From Bugula neritina (Eukaryota > Animalia > Bryozoa): DNA of 64,000 nucleotides. Positions 63,467 through 64,000 of the stretch are shown one piece after another (position 1 is the stretch's first letter; every line of letters starts with the position of its first letter). The stretch spans positions 25,295,504 to 25,359,503 of the forward strand of contig OZ037765.1 in assembly GCA_964035545.1 (NCBI GenBank), given 5' to 3'. A program made the translations under genes and the position numbers. The notes under the pieces were generated by a model. That model did no database searches. It saw only the letters and a list, made by a program, of their open reading frames with translations, and was not told the DNA's origin.

Positions 63467-64000
63467 CATTCAAAAGATATAATTTAGTTAAATAGTATAA
63501 AGCTATGAATAGAAAAAACATGCTATGTCCAACATGATTGCTAAGTTTAATGAAACTGCATCATGGTTACAAGTTAATTTACTCTACTTACTTTTCTTGA
63601 CAAAAGACTTAAATAACACCCACAAAGGCTATTTAAAAGTTATCACCGTAATTTATGCTGCTGTAATGTGCCAGTTAAATAACATAAGCTTTTACCAAAG
63701 ACAATAATGCATCACAGACATTTATGCGGATTGTATGTATATTTTAAAAAGGCAAAATAAAATTGCTTCCATATAACTAAAAAAAACTACAAAACTAAAA
63801 ATAGATTAGATAAATTGAAAAAAAATCATTTTGTATGTTGCACAAAAACATCACTGCACAAAAATTAGTATAACAAATTTAAAGGAATTTAAAGTTGAAG
63901 AAATGTTACTTAACTATTTTTGTGAAATATTGAAATTAGCTTGCTCTCAGTACCCTAAATTTCAAAGTTAACATCATGATCATCAGTAGGTCATTCCATT

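Overview
AT-rich, intron-rich invertebrate animal DNA; the taxon cannot be determined from the sequence alone. Six spliced host genes are recognisable: TEKT2 (+, 11358-13296), POLE (-, 37590-14266, with an intronic tRNA-Asn), LRPAP1/RAP (+, 39672-42877, ends HTEL), ARPC1 (+, 50144-52736), CRYM (-, 56560-53407) and RABGGTA (-, 63006-56931, start codon not seen). The first 10 kb looks like long introns of an unrecognised minus-strand gene with candidate microexons. The standout feature is a very young 5.26-kb Ty3/Gypsy LTR element (44829-50091, -) just upstream of the first ARPC1 coding exon. It has apparently identical 352-bp LTRs, a TTAT target duplication, a tRNA-Leu PBS and a -1 frameshift signal. 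Its pol frame stays open but lacks RT, RNase H and the integrase catalytic core. In the env position it carries a probably spliced gene for a C2H2 zinc-finger plus coiled-coil protein instead of an envelope protein. Smaller mobile elements include hAT, Tc1/mariner and Harbinger-type MITEs (one self-nested) and three related tRNA-derived SINEs. All calls were made by eye, with no database searches.
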